Of a stretch of DNA of 23,040 bases, positions 1 to 8,906 are shown piece by piece. Every line of letters starts with the position of its first letter. The stretch's first letter is position 1. The DNA is from an uncultured Erysipelotrichaceae bacterium. Lineage in GTDB: Bacteria > Bacillota_I > Bacilli_A > Erysipelotrichales > Erysipelotrichaceae. The notes below the pieces were generated by a model. It saw nothing but the letters and a program-made list of their open reading frames with translations, searched no databases and was not told where the DNA came from. The stretch covers positions 1 to 23,040 of the forward strand of contig CAYWGS010000016.1 of the NCBI GenBank assembly GCA_964457525.1. Direction: 5' to 3'. The position numbers and the translations under genes are program-made.

Positions 1-1
1 T

Positions 2-127
2 AGCTATCCTTTAGACCATATGTCAATCCATTTAGACTCACGTTTCACCGTTTCCAATCAGTGGCAAAAAAAAGATGCCCAACTGCTGGTGCATCGTGGT
101 AAAGTACTGGTGTACTTAAGTAAATAA
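2..127 (+). CDS. 3' end of a gene that starts left of the window; possibly the thiamine pyrophosphokinase C-terminal domain
   Basis: The frame starting at nt 2 is open from the window edge to TAA at 125-127. It encodes SYPLDHMSIHLDSRFTVSNQWQKKDAQLLVHRGKVLVYLSK. It is partial and short, so it is absent from the ORF track. The YPL...SN...G.l.v pattern and its convergence on rpmB recall the B. subtilis thiN(yloS)/rpmB arrangement. This is family memory only. Confidence 0.35.
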   Translation, partial: SYPLDHMSIHLDSRFTVSNQWQKKDAQLLVHRGKVLVYLSK

Positions 128-152
128 AAAAGGAGTCAGACTCCATTTTATT
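126..152. terminator. Bidirectional hairpin between the convergent left-edge gene and rpmB
   Basis: GGAGT-CAG-ACTCC stem-loop at 132-144. An A6 run (126-131) gives T6 on the minus strand, and ATTTTATT follows on the plus strand. Confidence 0.5.
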
Positions 153-339
153 AAGCTTGTTGAGCTTTTAAGGTTTTTAAAGCACGGGCGGAAATACGGA
201 TCCGTTGTGGTTTGCCATCCACAACAACTTTAACTTTTTGAAGGTTTACATTCCACTTACGACGACTTGCTTGTAATGAGTGAGAACGTTTATTTCCTGA
301 TAATGCTTTTTTACCGCTTACTGCACAAACTCTTGACAT
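151..339 (-). CDS. rpmB: 50S ribosomal protein L28
   Basis: [36 protein letters not shown]... is a typical L28 sequence. The internal ATG at 339 has a GGGGG Shine-Dalgarno 7 nt upstream. The 23-codon extension to 408 in the ORF track is hydrophobic junk without an RBS. Confidence 0.93.
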   Translation of the reverse strand: MSRVCAVSGKKALSGNKRSHSLQASRRKWNVNLQKVKVVVDGKPQRIRISARALKTLKAQQA

Positions 340-374
340 ACCGTAGTACCCCCTTTCATTTGAATTGCTTATAA

Positions 375-403
375 AGAATATCATGAAAAAGAACACTTTG
401 CAA
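375..403 (-). promoter_or_regulatory. Putative rpmB promoter
   Basis: On the minus strand: TTGCAA (403-398), a 17-nt spacer ending in TGa, then TATTCT (380-375). This lies about 35 nt upstream of the rpmB ATG. Confidence 0.4.
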
Positions 404-422
404 GACATAATACTAAAAAACT

Positions 423-451
423 TTTTAATAAAAAAGAGGCTATGTTATAAT
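423..451 (+). promoter_or_regulatory. Putative ftsA-ftsZ promoter with extended -10
   Basis: TGtTATAAT at 443-451 with a weak TTTTAA -35 at 423-428. GAGGAGGGG RBS at 464-472. Confidence 0.45.
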
Positions 452-477
452 GATAAAGAAGTTGAGGAGGGGCGACA

Positions 478-1713
478 ATGAACGAACAAGATGTCCAAGT
501 TGGACTCGAAATAGCTGACCATGAAATACGCCTCGTAGTGGGTCAGTTTTTTAATACTCGATTAAACATTATGAAGGTTGAACGTGTTCTATCCTCAGGA
601 ATACACAACGCACAAATTGTGGATCAAATGGCTGTGATACAAAAGATATCTGCAGCAGTTAAACATGTTGAGGAGAATTTAGGATTATCCATTGAACGAG
701 TCATTCTTTCACTACCTAGTGTTGGTTTATCTCGTTATGTTAGACGTATCACAGTTCCCATTGAGGAACGTGTAACGTTAAGAGATGTTAAAGCGATTTA
801 TAAAGAAGCACTTAATACTGATTTACCAGATCATCAAGCACTCGTCAATGTAGCGATTACTAAATCATTGGTAAATGGAATAACCATGCGTAAATTGCCA
901 TTAAATGAAGTATGTGATTCTTTAACAATGGATGTGGATTTATTGTGTGCGGATAAAGAAATGGTTTATCGATATGTACAAACCGTTGAAAAAGCGGGTT
1001 TACAAGTATCTGAAATCAGTCTTGATAGTTTTGCGTTAGGCAAAGAAGCTTCATTGTTTGAAAAATCCTTGGAACAACATCTTATCGCAATTAAAGCAGA
1101 GAGACAGAGCACAAGTTTAAGTTTATTTGCAAAAGGTAAACTCGTAAGTACAGAAACCATTAATATGGGATCTAAGCAGATTATAAGCGCGATGGTGAAT
1201 CGTTTTAATTTACCCATTGATGTAGCAGATCGATTATTACATATGAATGCTCGCTTTGGTTTAGATCATTACCCAAATACACCGATCTATCTATGGTCAA
1301 ATGAAGGTAAAACGCATACCTTGAGTGAACAGGAATTGATGTCTGTTGTACAACCCATCTTAAATGTTTGGTTAGATGAAATAAAAACAACAATTAAACC
1401 AATTTTAGATACATCTAATGTTAAAATAGTATTGTTCGGTGAGTCGGGTGAAATCAATGGATTTGATCAACTGTTATCGAAGGAATTTGGTTGTGAATGT
1501 GAACTCTATATTCCAGAAACATTAGGTGTACGATCTTCAGCACTTGCAAGTGTTGCAGGTCTCTTCTATGTGATGAAGGATCAGAGTTCTATACGTGAGT
1601 TTTTACCGGCAGTTGATATGGGATTATTTAATCAAATGTTGGTTAAAGACAAAGATGCAGTAAATGAAGATACAATCTCAGGGAAATTTAAAGGTTTATT
1701 TGAAAGACGTTAA
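478..1713 (+). CDS. ftsA: Cell division protein FtsA (actin-like ATPase)
   Basis: 411 aa, sited directly upstream of ftsZ. It has FtsA-like N-terminal strands (VGLEIADHEIRLVVGQ) and a C-terminal amphipathic tail (GKFKGLFERR) resembling the FtsA membrane-targeting helix. Strong RBS. Confidence 0.85.
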   Translation: MNEQDVQVGLEIADHEIRLVVGQFFNTRLNIMKVERVLSSGIHNAQIVDQMAVIQKISAAVKHVEENLGLSIERVILSLPSVGLSRYVRRITVPIEERVTLRDVKAIYKEALNTDLPDHQALVNVAITKSLVNGITMRKLPLNEVCDSLTMDVDLLCADKEMVYRYVQTVEKAGLQVSEISLDSFALGKEASLFEKSLEQHLIAIKAERQSTSLSLFAKGKLVSTETINMGSKQIISAMVNRFNLPIDVADRLLHMNARFGLDHYPNTPIYLWSNEGKTHTLSEQELMSVVQPILNVWLDEIKTTIKPILDTSNVKIVLFGESGEINGFDQLLSKEFGCECELYIPETLGVRSSALASVAGLFYVMKDQSSIREFLPAVDMGLFNQMLVKDKDAVNEDTISGKFKGLFERR

Positions 1714-1728
1714 TAAAGAGGAAAAACT

Positions 1729-2799
1729 ATGAGTGAACTAAATTATAATCAAGTTGCGAAAATCAAGGTATTCGGTGTGGGTGGTGCTGGATGTAATGCG
1801 ATAAATCGAATGGTTGAAGAAGAAGTAAGAGGTGTTGAATTCTATGTTGCGAACACGGACTTACAAGTTCTTAATATATCACCTGCAAAAAATAAGCTAA
1901 TCTTGGGTAAAACAATTACTAAAGGTTTAGGAGCTGGCGCAAACCCTGAAATAGGCTATAAAGCGGCTCTTGAAAGTGAAGATGATATTCGTGAAGCGAT
2001 GAAGGGTGCCGATATGGTCTTTATCACTGCTGGTCTTGGTGGTGGTACGGGTACAGGGGCTGCGCCTTTGTTTGCTAAGATTGCGAAAGAATTTGATATC
2101 TTAACCGTTGGGATTGTGACTAAACCGTTTACTTTTGAAGGCAAGAAGCGTACTGAACAAGCCAACCGTGGTTTAGAAGAATTACGTAATTATGTGGATT
2201 CACTCATTATTGTCTCAAACAATCAATTATTAGAAGTTATAGGTCGTATTCCGTTTGTGGAAGCATTTAGAGAAGCAGATAATGTTTTACGTCAAGGTGT
2301 ACAAACCATTACAGACTTGATTGCAGTTCCTGCACTTATCAACTTAGACTTTGCGGATGTTAGAGCTGTTATGGAAGGTCAAGGATCTGCTTTAATCGGT
2401 ATTGGTATGGCTCAAGGCGATAATAAAGCGCAAGAAGCTGCAGCAAAAGCAATTACTTCTCCATTACTTGAGGCTCAAATTCGTGGGGCTCGTAATGCGA
2501 TTGTCAATGTGACGGGTGGCGAAAGTATTACCATTTATGATGCGAATGATGCGGTTGATTTTATTCGTGAATCAGCTGGTTCAGATATTGATATTATCTT
2601 TGGGGTCGCAATCAATGAATCCTTAGGGGATAATATTATTATTACTGTCATTGCGACTGGATTTGATTTACCAAAAGTAAACCAAGTTAAGAATCCAGTT
2701 CAAGATGCTCGAAAAGTGGTGGAAGAAATTCGTAAGGAAAGTACGCCAACATTTGAAGATGAAAGTGATATTCCAGGTTTCTTTAAATCAAGAGGTTAG
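1729..2799 (+). CDS. ftsZ: Cell division GTPase FtsZ
   Basis: Tubulin signature GGGTGTG (GLGGGTGTGAAP), plus the conserved IKVFGVGGAGCNAINRM and NTDLQVL stretches. Confidence 0.97.
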   Translation: MSELNYNQVAKIKVFGVGGAGCNAINRMVEEEVRGVEFYVANTDLQVLNISPAKNKLILGKTITKGLGAGANPEIGYKAALESEDDIREAMKGADMVFITAGLGGGTGTGAAPLFAKIAKEFDILTVGIVTKPFTFEGKKRTEQANRGLEELRNYVDSLIIVSNNQLLEVIGRIPFVEAFREADNVLRQGVQTITDLIAVPALINLDFADVRAVMEGQGSALIGIGMAQGDNKAQEAAAKAITSPLLEAQIRGARNAIVNVTGGESITIYDANDAVDFIRESAGSDIDIIFGVAINESLGDNIIITVIATGFDLPKVNQVKNPVQDARKVVEEIRKESTPTFEDESDIPGFFKSRG

Positions 2800-2821
2800 T
2801 CGTAAGACTAACTTTTCTTTT
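2795..2821 (+). terminator. Rho-independent terminator after ftsZ
   Basis: GTTAGTC-GTAA-GACTAAC stem-loop at 2795-2812 overlapping the TAG stop, followed by TTTTCTTTT. Confidence 0.6.
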
Positions 2822-2840
2822 GCGCATTTATTGTATAATA
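2811..2840 (+). promoter_or_regulatory. Putative nadE promoter
   Basis: TTGTATAATA at 2831-2840 (TATAAT at 2834-2839), about 26 nt before the ATG. The -35 is weak. Confidence 0.35.
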
Positions 2841-2865
2841 CAGATGTAGAAGTTGAGGTACACAC

Positions 2866-4728
2866 ATGAAAATTGCGATTGCACAGTTAAATATAAGAAG
2901 TGGTCAAATCGATCATAATTTAAATTCGATGAAACAAAAAATCGATCAAGCCGTTCTTGATCAAGCAGATATTATTGTGTTTCCAGAAATGTGTGTGGGT
3001 GGATATTTATTATCGGATCTATTCTTACAGAAATCATATATCTCACAATTATTAAAAGCGAATGATTTGATTAAATCATGGTCAAAGGATATTGGGATTA
3101 TCTGGGGAAATATTAGTCATTTTGATGAGTTAAAAGGAAATCGAGATGGACGATATAATCGATACAATACGGCATTCTTTGCGTATCAAGGAGAATGGGT
3201 TAAGAAAGAAAATAATCATCTAAATGGTCATTACTTTAAGCATTGTTTGCCTGATTATCGTTTTTTTGATGATTCTAGATATTTTAAGTCTGGGATGGAC
3301 TATGCACTAGAGAATCATATAGAACTTAAGGATTCAATCAATCCATTTATCTTTGAAAAGGATTATCAAATCACACGAATTGGATTAGAAGTCTGTGAAG
3401 ATTTATGGAGTAAGGATTATAATGTCAATCCTACCGCTATTTATGTTGATCATAAAGTTGATTTCATCATTAACATCTCTTCATCACCTTGGACACTAAA
3501 CAAGGAGTTGAGTCGTGAGAAACGGATAAAGGAACATGTTCAAATACATGGGGATAAAATGGTTCCACTTGTTTATGTCAATGCGTGTGGGATGCAAAAT
3601 AATGGGAAGAATGTACTAGTGTTTGATGGGGATAGTACGATTTATCAAAAAGATGGTAGTGTATTAGCTCAATTAAATGATGATTTTAATGAAGATTGTC
3701 AGGTTTTTGATTTAAAACAAACCTATCAGACACATATTACTCATAATAAATTACTCAATGCTTTGGTTGTTGCGATTCGTGAATTTGACCAACAGGTTCT
3801 AACCTTTAAACCGAAATGGATTATTGGGTTGTCGGGTGGTATTGATAGCAGTGTGAATGTTGCATTATTGTGTATGGCACTTGGAAGTGATCGTGTCATT
3901 GGATACAACATGGCGAGTCGATACAATCAAGCAAAAACAAAGAATATTGCCTATGAGACGGCTAAGAAACTTAATGTGGAGTATTATGCAGGAAGTATCG
4001 AACAACTTGTACAAGCCACTGAAAATACATTGATTGAATATAATATTAATCCTGTGGAAGGATTAGCGTATGAAAACATACAAGCACGCTTAAGAGGCCA
4101 TCTACTCTCATCGTTTGCCTCGTATAAGGGTGGAGTTATCTGCAATAATGGGAATAAAGTAGAATGTGCATTAGGTTATGCGACCTTATATGGGGATACC
4201 ATTGGGGCACTAAGTCCACTTGGGGATTGTACAAAACTACAGGTATTCGAACTCGCAAAATCGATTAATGATTACTATCAAGATGAGATTATTAATCAAA
4301 ATCTTATCCCAAGTATCACTGAAGGTAAGATCGAGTTTGGGTTTGCACCAAGTGCAGAATTAAGAGATAACCAAATAGATCCAATGAAATGGGGTTATCA
4401 TGATTGGCTTGTACAGTACTTCATACAATATCCAAGTCATAACATATTGGATTGGTTAAAAATCTATCAGAGTGGGGAATGGCGTAAAACTGAAGTTGCG
4501 TCTTGGATGATTTATTATGGTTTAGATAATCCTAAAGCATTTATTGAAGATATTCGCTGGTTTATGAAGTCATGGCACAGTGCGATCTTTAAACGCATTC
4601 AGTTCCCACCGATTGTGACGATTAGTCGAGGTAGCTTTGGGTTTGATTATCGTGAGAGTCAAATACCTTACATCGAAAATCATGAAATAAAGGAATTGAT
4701 AGAAACAATACTAAAGGGGGAAGCTTAA
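2866..4728 (+). CDS. nadE: Glutamine-dependent NAD+ synthetase (CN-hydrolase domain fused to NAD synthetase domain)
   Basis: The N-terminal nitrilase-type domain shows FPEM..., and EVCEDLW contains the catalytic Cys. The C-terminal domain has the PP-loop SGGIDSS. Length is 620 aa. Confidence 0.9.
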   Translation: MKIAIAQLNIRSGQIDHNLNSMKQKIDQAVLDQADIIVFPEMCVGGYLLSDLFLQKSYISQLLKANDLIKSWSKDIGIIWGNISHFDELKGNRDGRYNRYNTAFFAYQGEWVKKENNHLNGHYFKHCLPDYRFFDDSRYFKSGMDYALENHIELKDSINPFIFEKDYQITRIGLEVCEDLWSKDYNVNPTAIYVDHKVDFIINISSSPWTLNKELSREKRIKEHVQIHGDKMVPLVYVNACGMQNNGKNVLVFDGDSTIYQKDGSVLAQLNDDFNEDCQVFDLKQTYQTHITHNKLLNALVVAIREFDQQVLTFKPKWIIGLSGGIDSSVNVALLCMALGSDRVIGYNMASRYNQAKTKNIAYETAKKLNVEYYAGSIEQLVQATENTLIEYNINPVEGLAYENIQARLRGHLLSSFASYKGGVICNNGNKVECALGYATLYGDTIGALSPLGDCTKLQVFELAKSINDYYQDEIINQNLIPSITEGKIEFGFAPSAELRDNQIDPMKWGYHDWLVQYFIQYPSHNILDWLKIYQSGEWRKTEVASWMIYYGLDNPKAFIEDIRWFMKSWHSAIFKRIQFPPIVTISRGSFGFDYRESQIPYIENHEIKELIETILKGEA

Positions 4729-5870
4729 TGAAGAAATGGTTTGATTCAAGTCACATATCACTTATATTATCGATTACAATTGCAGGCTTACTCATTGTAT
4801 CCTTGTACTTTGCGATACTAAATATTCAAGTCTTTATTGGATTATGGAATGAATTGGTTGTGGTGTTAACACCATTCATGTATGGTTTGATCTTAGCGTT
4901 TCTCATGAGTCCAATTGTTAACTTCTTTGAGAAGAAAGTCTTTATTGGATTCAAATGGAAGAATAATACAAAACGAATTGTATCAGTTATTCTTTCTTTA
5001 CTCATTACATTTGAAATCATAATTCTATTCTTTTCATTTATCATACCTCAACTCATCTCAAGTCTTAGTTCGATTAGTGAGAAGTTACCAGAATATATTG
5101 TGATTGTGGAAGATTTATTGGGAGATTGGTTAGTTAATTATCGACTAGAAAATGAATGGATTAATCTATTGTTAAACTCTTCAGAAGACTTATTAGTCAA
5201 TTTTTTGAAGACGATTCAGGATTATATCCCTTTGATTCTCAATTATTCATGGCAGTTTACGAAGATGGTATTTAATTTGTTGCTGGGGGTTGTGATCGCG
5301 ATGTATGTATTGATTGATCGTGAACGATTTACCTTACAAGCGAAAAAACTTACTTATGCGATTACTGGTCAAAAGACAGGGGATTATATCGTTGATATTA
5401 GTCGTTTATCTTCGCATGTGGTTCATCGTTTTATCTTAGGTAAAATGTTGGATTCCTTCATTATTGGTGTTATTTGTTATATTGGTATGCTTGTGTTAGG
5501 TTTATCCTATCCAATCTTATTATCTGTTATTGTAGGTGTGACCAATATGATTCCTGTATTTGGTCCATTTATTGGGGCGATACCTGGGGGGTTAATCTTA
5601 CTCTTAGTCGATCCATTTCAAGCCTTATGGTTTATCTTGTTTATCATTCTCTTGCAACAATTTGATGGTAATTTCTTAGGTCCACGTATTTTAGGTGATT
5701 CAATGGGTTTACCAAGCCTATGGATCATGTTTGCGATTGTAGTAGGGGGAGGTTATTTTGGTATCATTGGTATGTTTTTAGGGGTTCCTATCTTCGCTGT
5801 TATTTATATTGTTAGTAAGAAGATCATTTCAAACAAACTCGAAAAAGAATCAATACAAATAAAAACTTAG
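4728..5870 (+). CDS. AI-2E family transporter (PerM/YhhT-like permease)
   Basis: Polytopic membrane protein with the family-typical C-terminal block MIPVFGPFIGAIPGGLILLL...LQQFDGNFLGPRILG. Its start overlaps the nadE stop (TAATG). Confidence 0.85.
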   Translation: MKKWFDSSHISLILSITIAGLLIVSLYFAILNIQVFIGLWNELVVVLTPFMYGLILAFLMSPIVNFFEKKVFIGFKWKNNTKRIVSVILSLLITFEIIILFFSFIIPQLISSLSSISEKLPEYIVIVEDLLGDWLVNYRLENEWINLLLNSSEDLLVNFLKTIQDYIPLILNYSWQFTKMVFNLLLGVVIAMYVLIDRERFTLQAKKLTYAITGQKTGDYIVDISRLSSHVVHRFILGKMLDSFIIGVICYIGMLVLGLSYPILLSVIVGVTNMIPVFGPFIGAIPGGLILLLVDPFQALWFILFIILLQQFDGNFLGPRILGDSMGLPSLWIMFAIVVGGGYFGIIGMFLGVPIFAVIYIVSKKIISNKLEKESIQIKT

Positions 5871-5888
5871 GATGTCCTAAGTTTTTTT
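5861..5888. terminator. Bidirectional terminator between the permease gene and glnN
   Basis: AAAAACTTAGG-ATGT-CCTAAGTTTTT perfect hairpin flanked by A and T runs. It serves both convergent genes. Confidence 0.65.
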
Positions 5889-7956
5889 AATCGAGTAAGA
5901 AGAGTAAGTCAAGATAGCTAGGAAAAGGATACATTTGTTTAGGCAATATCAATTCAAGTTTATCCACTTCTCCACGGATCAAATCTAGTAGTGGGAAAAC
6001 TTCATTTCTAAGCGCAAGTCCTTTATTTTTAAGTGATTCAATATAATGAACTTCATCTAGATTATTTTTGAGTTTTGTTAGTTGTCGATCGATTGATTCG
6101 ATAATTTCAACAACTTTTTTGATTTGATTATTGTAATAACTGATATCTTTGAGAGGTATTATTGAATTTAAATAAGCTGTTGTTTGTGGAATGATTTCTC
6201 TTTCAACCATACGAATAAGCGTTTTAGATTCAACTTCAATCGTTTTAATGTATTGCTCATATAATATTTCAGAACGAGCTTCAAGTTCATCTTTTGAGAA
6301 GACTTGATGCTTATCAAATAGATTTCTTGATTTCTCATTATCAAGATATTCAATTGCTTCTACGAAAGACTTGATATTCGGTAAACCACGTTCTTCTGCT
6401 TCTTTTATCCATTCATTTGAATAGCCATCTCCACTAAATAAGATTCGATGATGTTTACGCATAATCTCTTGGATAATTTTTAAAGCTTCATCACGTACGT
6501 CTTGTAAGTATTTAAAATTTTCTAATCGATCCGCAATATCCTTTAGTGCATCTGCAACAATCGTACTTATAACAGTATTGGAGAATGAAGCAGAGAGGGA
6601 TGAACCAAGCATTCTTAGTTCGAATTTATTTCCTGTAAATGCGAAAGGGGATGTACGGTTACGATCTGAATTATCTTTTGGTAGATAAGAAAGATTATTT
6701 AAACTGTTTTTATGACTTTCTTTATTTGCTTTGGTAACCTTTTTGTCAGCGAAGCTTAATAAAATGTTCTCTACTACATCTCCCATAAAAACAGAAATAA
6801 TTGCGGGAGGTGCTTCATTCGCACCTAAACGATGGTCATTGCCAGGACCAGAAGTAGATAAACGTAGAAGTTCAGGGTACTCATTGATTGCTTTGAGTAC
6901 AGCACTAATAAATAATAGGAATCGGATATTCTCATGTGGTTTATCACCAGGTTCGAATAAATTCTGTCCATCATCCGTTATGAGCGACCAGTTATTGTGT
7001 TTGCCAGAACCATTGATTCCTTTAAATGGTTTCTCATGTAATAAACACGCTAAATCATGTTTAAAAGCAATTTTCTTGAGTAAATCCATTAGAATCTGAT
7101 TCTGATCTACTGCGATATTTGCCTCAGCAAAGATAACTGAGAACTCAAATTGTCCTGGGGCAACTTCATTATGTTCAACTTTTGAGAAAATTCCGACTTT
7201 CCATAACTCGCGATTGACTTCATCCATGTAGGCTTTTACACGTGCAGGAATGGATCCGAAATAATGATCTTCAAACTCTTGACCACGAGGGGCTGCTGCA
7301 CCAAGTAATGTACGACCGGTTAATAATAAATCTTTACGTTGTTCATACATTGTCTTATCCACTAAGAAATACTCTTGTTCGAGTCCAACGGATAATTTGA
7401 CATGTTTAACTTGTTTATCACCTAGAGCCTGAACAACACGACTTGCTTGTGTACTGAGTCGGTCCAGTGCTTTTAGTAATGGAGCTTTCTGATCAAGGGG
7501 TTCTCCGTTATAAGATACAAAGATTGATGGAATACAAAGTACATTATCACGAATGAAGGCTGGAGAACTAATATCCCAATAGGTATAACCACGTGCTTCA
7601 AAGGTTGCGCGTAAACCACCACTTGGGAAGCTAGAGCCATCGGTTTCACCCTTAATCAAGCGTTTACCTGAGAATTGAGCAAGAGCACCTCCATCATTTG
7701 CGACTTCTAAGAAACTATCATGTTTTTCTGCTGTTTGGCCGGTAAGTGGTTGGAACCAATGAGTGTAGTGTGTGGCGCCTAATTCCATAGCCCAGGTTTT
7801 CATCGCATGAGCAATTGCGTCAGCTGTACTGCGGTCAAGAGCACTTTCTTTTATCAGTGCTGTTTTCCAACTCGTATAAACCGGATACGGTAAGCGTTCG
7901 CGCATTAACTTCTCACCAAATAAGTGAATTCCAAAATCTTCAAAAGGGTGTGTCAT
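5887..7956 (-). CDS. glnN: Glutamine synthetase type III
   Basis: 689 aa. It has the GSIII-typical N-terminus (FGEKLMRERLP...WK.A) and a GS catalytic core (NGSGKHNNWS, HEVAPGQFE). AAGGAG RBS. Confidence 0.9.
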   Translation of the reverse strand: MTHPFEDFGIHLFGEKLMRERLPYPVYTSWKTALIKESALDRSTADAIAHAMKTWAMELGATHYTHWFQPLTGQTAEKHDSFLEVANDGGALAQFSGKRLIKGETDGSSFPSGGLRATFEARGYTYWDISSPAFIRDNVLCIPSIFVSYNGEPLDQKAPLLKALDRLSTQASRVVQALGDKQVKHVKLSVGLEQEYFLVDKTMYEQRKDLLLTGRTLLGAAAPRGQEFEDHYFGSIPARVKAYMDEVNRELWKVGIFSKVEHNEVAPGQFEFSVIFAEANIAVDQNQILMDLLKKIAFKHDLACLLHEKPFKGINGSGKHNNWSLITDDGQNLFEPGDKPHENIRFLLFISAVLKAINEYPELLRLSTSGPGNDHRLGANEAPPAIISVFMGDVVENILLSFADKKVTKANKESHKNSLNNLSYLPKDNSDRNRTSPFAFTGNKFELRMLGSSLSASFSNTVISTIVADALKDIADRLENFKYLQDVRDEALKIIQEIMRKHHRILFSGDGYSNEWIKEAEERGLPNIKSFVEAIEYLDNEKSRNLFDKHQVFSKDELEARSEILYEQYIKTIEVESKTLIRMVEREIIPQTTAYLNSIIPLKDISYYNNQIKKVVEIIESIDRQLTKLKNNLDEVHYIESLKNKGLALRNEVFPLLDLIRGEVDKLELILPKQMYPFPSYLDLLFLLD

Positions 7957-8018
7957 CGTTTTTCTCCTTAAATATGGTTATATTTTATAGATAAAATTGG
8001 AAAAGTAAATAAAAAAAT

Positions 8019-8080
8019 GAAAAATATTTTAAAAAATCGAAAATATTTTGTAAAATACATAAAAAATCAGAAAAATATCA
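8019..8080. repeat. AT-rich direct and palindromic repeats in the glnN upstream region
   Basis: G-A(4-5)-TAT(TTT) occurs at 8019, 8039 and 8070. AAAAAATC occurs at 8031 and 8061. AAAATATTTT is itself a palindrome. Confidence 0.4.
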
Positions 8081-8118
8081 TTAAATGAGTGTGTTTTTCT
8101 GTTTTTTTTAGATAAACA

Positions 8119-8145
8119 TAAAAAAAGACTAGATTGCTCTAGTCT
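8119..8145 (-). terminator. Rho-independent terminator after the Nfu-like gene
   Basis: AGACTAGA-TTGC-TCTAGTCT hairpin at 8126-8145 overlapping the TAG stop. On the minus strand it is followed by a T run (plus-strand A7 at 8120-8126, whose last base is also the first stem base). Confidence 0.65.
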
Positions 8146-8369
8146 ATGACAATAACTTCTGTTACACCTAATACTTCTTCGATGAGTAATGTTTCTACTC
8201 CCATCTTTATGGTAACATCGATCGCACTACATCCTACACATGCACCGAAGACTCGCACATAAACACGACCTTCATCATCGATACTAACAAACTCAACATC
8301 TCCTCCATCTCTTTGAAGGTATGGGCGAATTTTATCTAATACATCTTTTACTTCTTTTTCTATATTCAT
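8139..8369 (-). CDS. NifU C-terminal-domain (Nfu-type) Fe-S cluster carrier
   Basis: 76 aa with the LQRDGGDVEF and GACVGC (CxxC) motifs typical of Nfu/NifU-C domains. Confidence 0.8.
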   Translation of the reverse strand: MNIEKEVKDVLDKIRPYLQRDGGDVEFVSIDDEGRVYVRVFGACVGCSAIDVTIKMGVETLLIEEVLGVTEVIVID

Positions 8370-8376
8370 GGCCTTA

Positions 8377-8832
8377 TCATCTCATAAAGAATAGGATAGA
8401 CGCAACCAATAAGCCCAATACGACGCCGCCGAAGACTTCGAACCATTGGTGTCCTAACACTTCTTTAACTTTCAATAAATAAATTGGATCATCGAGTTTG
8501 ACCGTGGTAAGTGTTTGGATATCACGGATTAATTGTTGAGTTATTTGAATGTTACGTCCAGCATAATAGCGAACATTAGCCGCATCAAACATGACAATCA
8601 AACTAAAAATTAAGACTACTGCAAATAATGTCGATGAGAATTTCTCTTGTATTCCGACCGCTAAGCAGAGTGCTGTAACCATGGAAGTATGTGAAGAGGG
8701 AAATCCACCGCTATCAATAAGAAGTCTTGTTTCCCATTTTCCTGTTCGATAATATCGAAACAGGGGTTTAATAATTTGCGCAATCAGGTTTGCGGAGATT
8801 GCGGCCCAAAATGGATAAAGATTACCTAACAT
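8377..8832 (-). CDS. Divergent PAP2 family membrane protein (YuiD-like, acid phosphatase/haloperoxidase-related)
   Basis: 151 aa membrane protein with the GGFPSSHTS and FDAANVR motifs characteristic of the YuiD/DUF212 family. Confidence 0.75.
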   Translation of the reverse strand: MLGNLYPFWAAISANLIAQIIKPLFRYYRTGKWETRLLIDSGGFPSSHTSMVTALCLAVGIQEKFSSTLFAVVLIFSLIVMFDAANVRYYAGRNIQITQQLIRDIQTLTTVKLDDPIYLLKVKEVLGHQWFEVFGGVVLGLLVASILFFMR

Positions 8833-8849
8833 ATTAACCTCGCCTCGAT

Positions 8850-8859
8850 ATTATAACAC
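8850..8859 (-). promoter_or_regulatory. Extended -10 element for the YuiD-like/Nfu operon
   Basis: The minus strand reads GTGTTATAAT (TGtTATAAT), about 18 nt upstream of the ATG at 8832, with a GAGGCGAGG RBS between. Confidence 0.45.
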
Positions 8860-8875
8860 ATTACAAAAAAGCTTG

Positions 8876-8884
8876 TGCTATAAT
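8876..8884 (+). promoter_or_regulatory. Extended -10 element for the S1-domain gene/pgi
   Basis: TGcTATAAT at 8876-8884. GGAGGA RBS at 8894-8899. Confidence 0.45.
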
Positions 8885-8906
8885 TATTTAGCCGGAGGAA
8901 TCATGA

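Noticed and set aside
66-118. Two hairpins (GATGCCCA...TGGTGCATC next to an A8/T8 run, and AAGTAC-TGGT-GTACTT). At first they looked like tandem minus-strand terminators or a small RNA downstream of rpmB.
   Set aside because: They fall inside an open frame running from the window edge to TAA at 125-127, and the A8 run encodes QKK. The simpler reading is the 3' end of a convergent protein gene, with the single hairpin at 132-144 acting as a shared terminator.
8017-8088. A 23-codon ORF (MKNILKNRKYFVKYIKNQKNIIK) in the glnN upstream region.
   Set aside because: It has no RBS and is made of the A/T repeats themselves. It is oriented against glnN in a promoter region, so it is most likely a chance ORF.
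7957-8138. A search by eye for a GlnR/TnrA box (TGTNAN7TNACA), an NtcA-type GTAN8TAC site, or a riboswitch-like structure upstream of glnN.
   Set aside because: Only a short TGTATTTTACA element is present, and it does not match the 17-bp consensus. No stable conserved-looking structure is discernible in this nearly pure A/T sequence.
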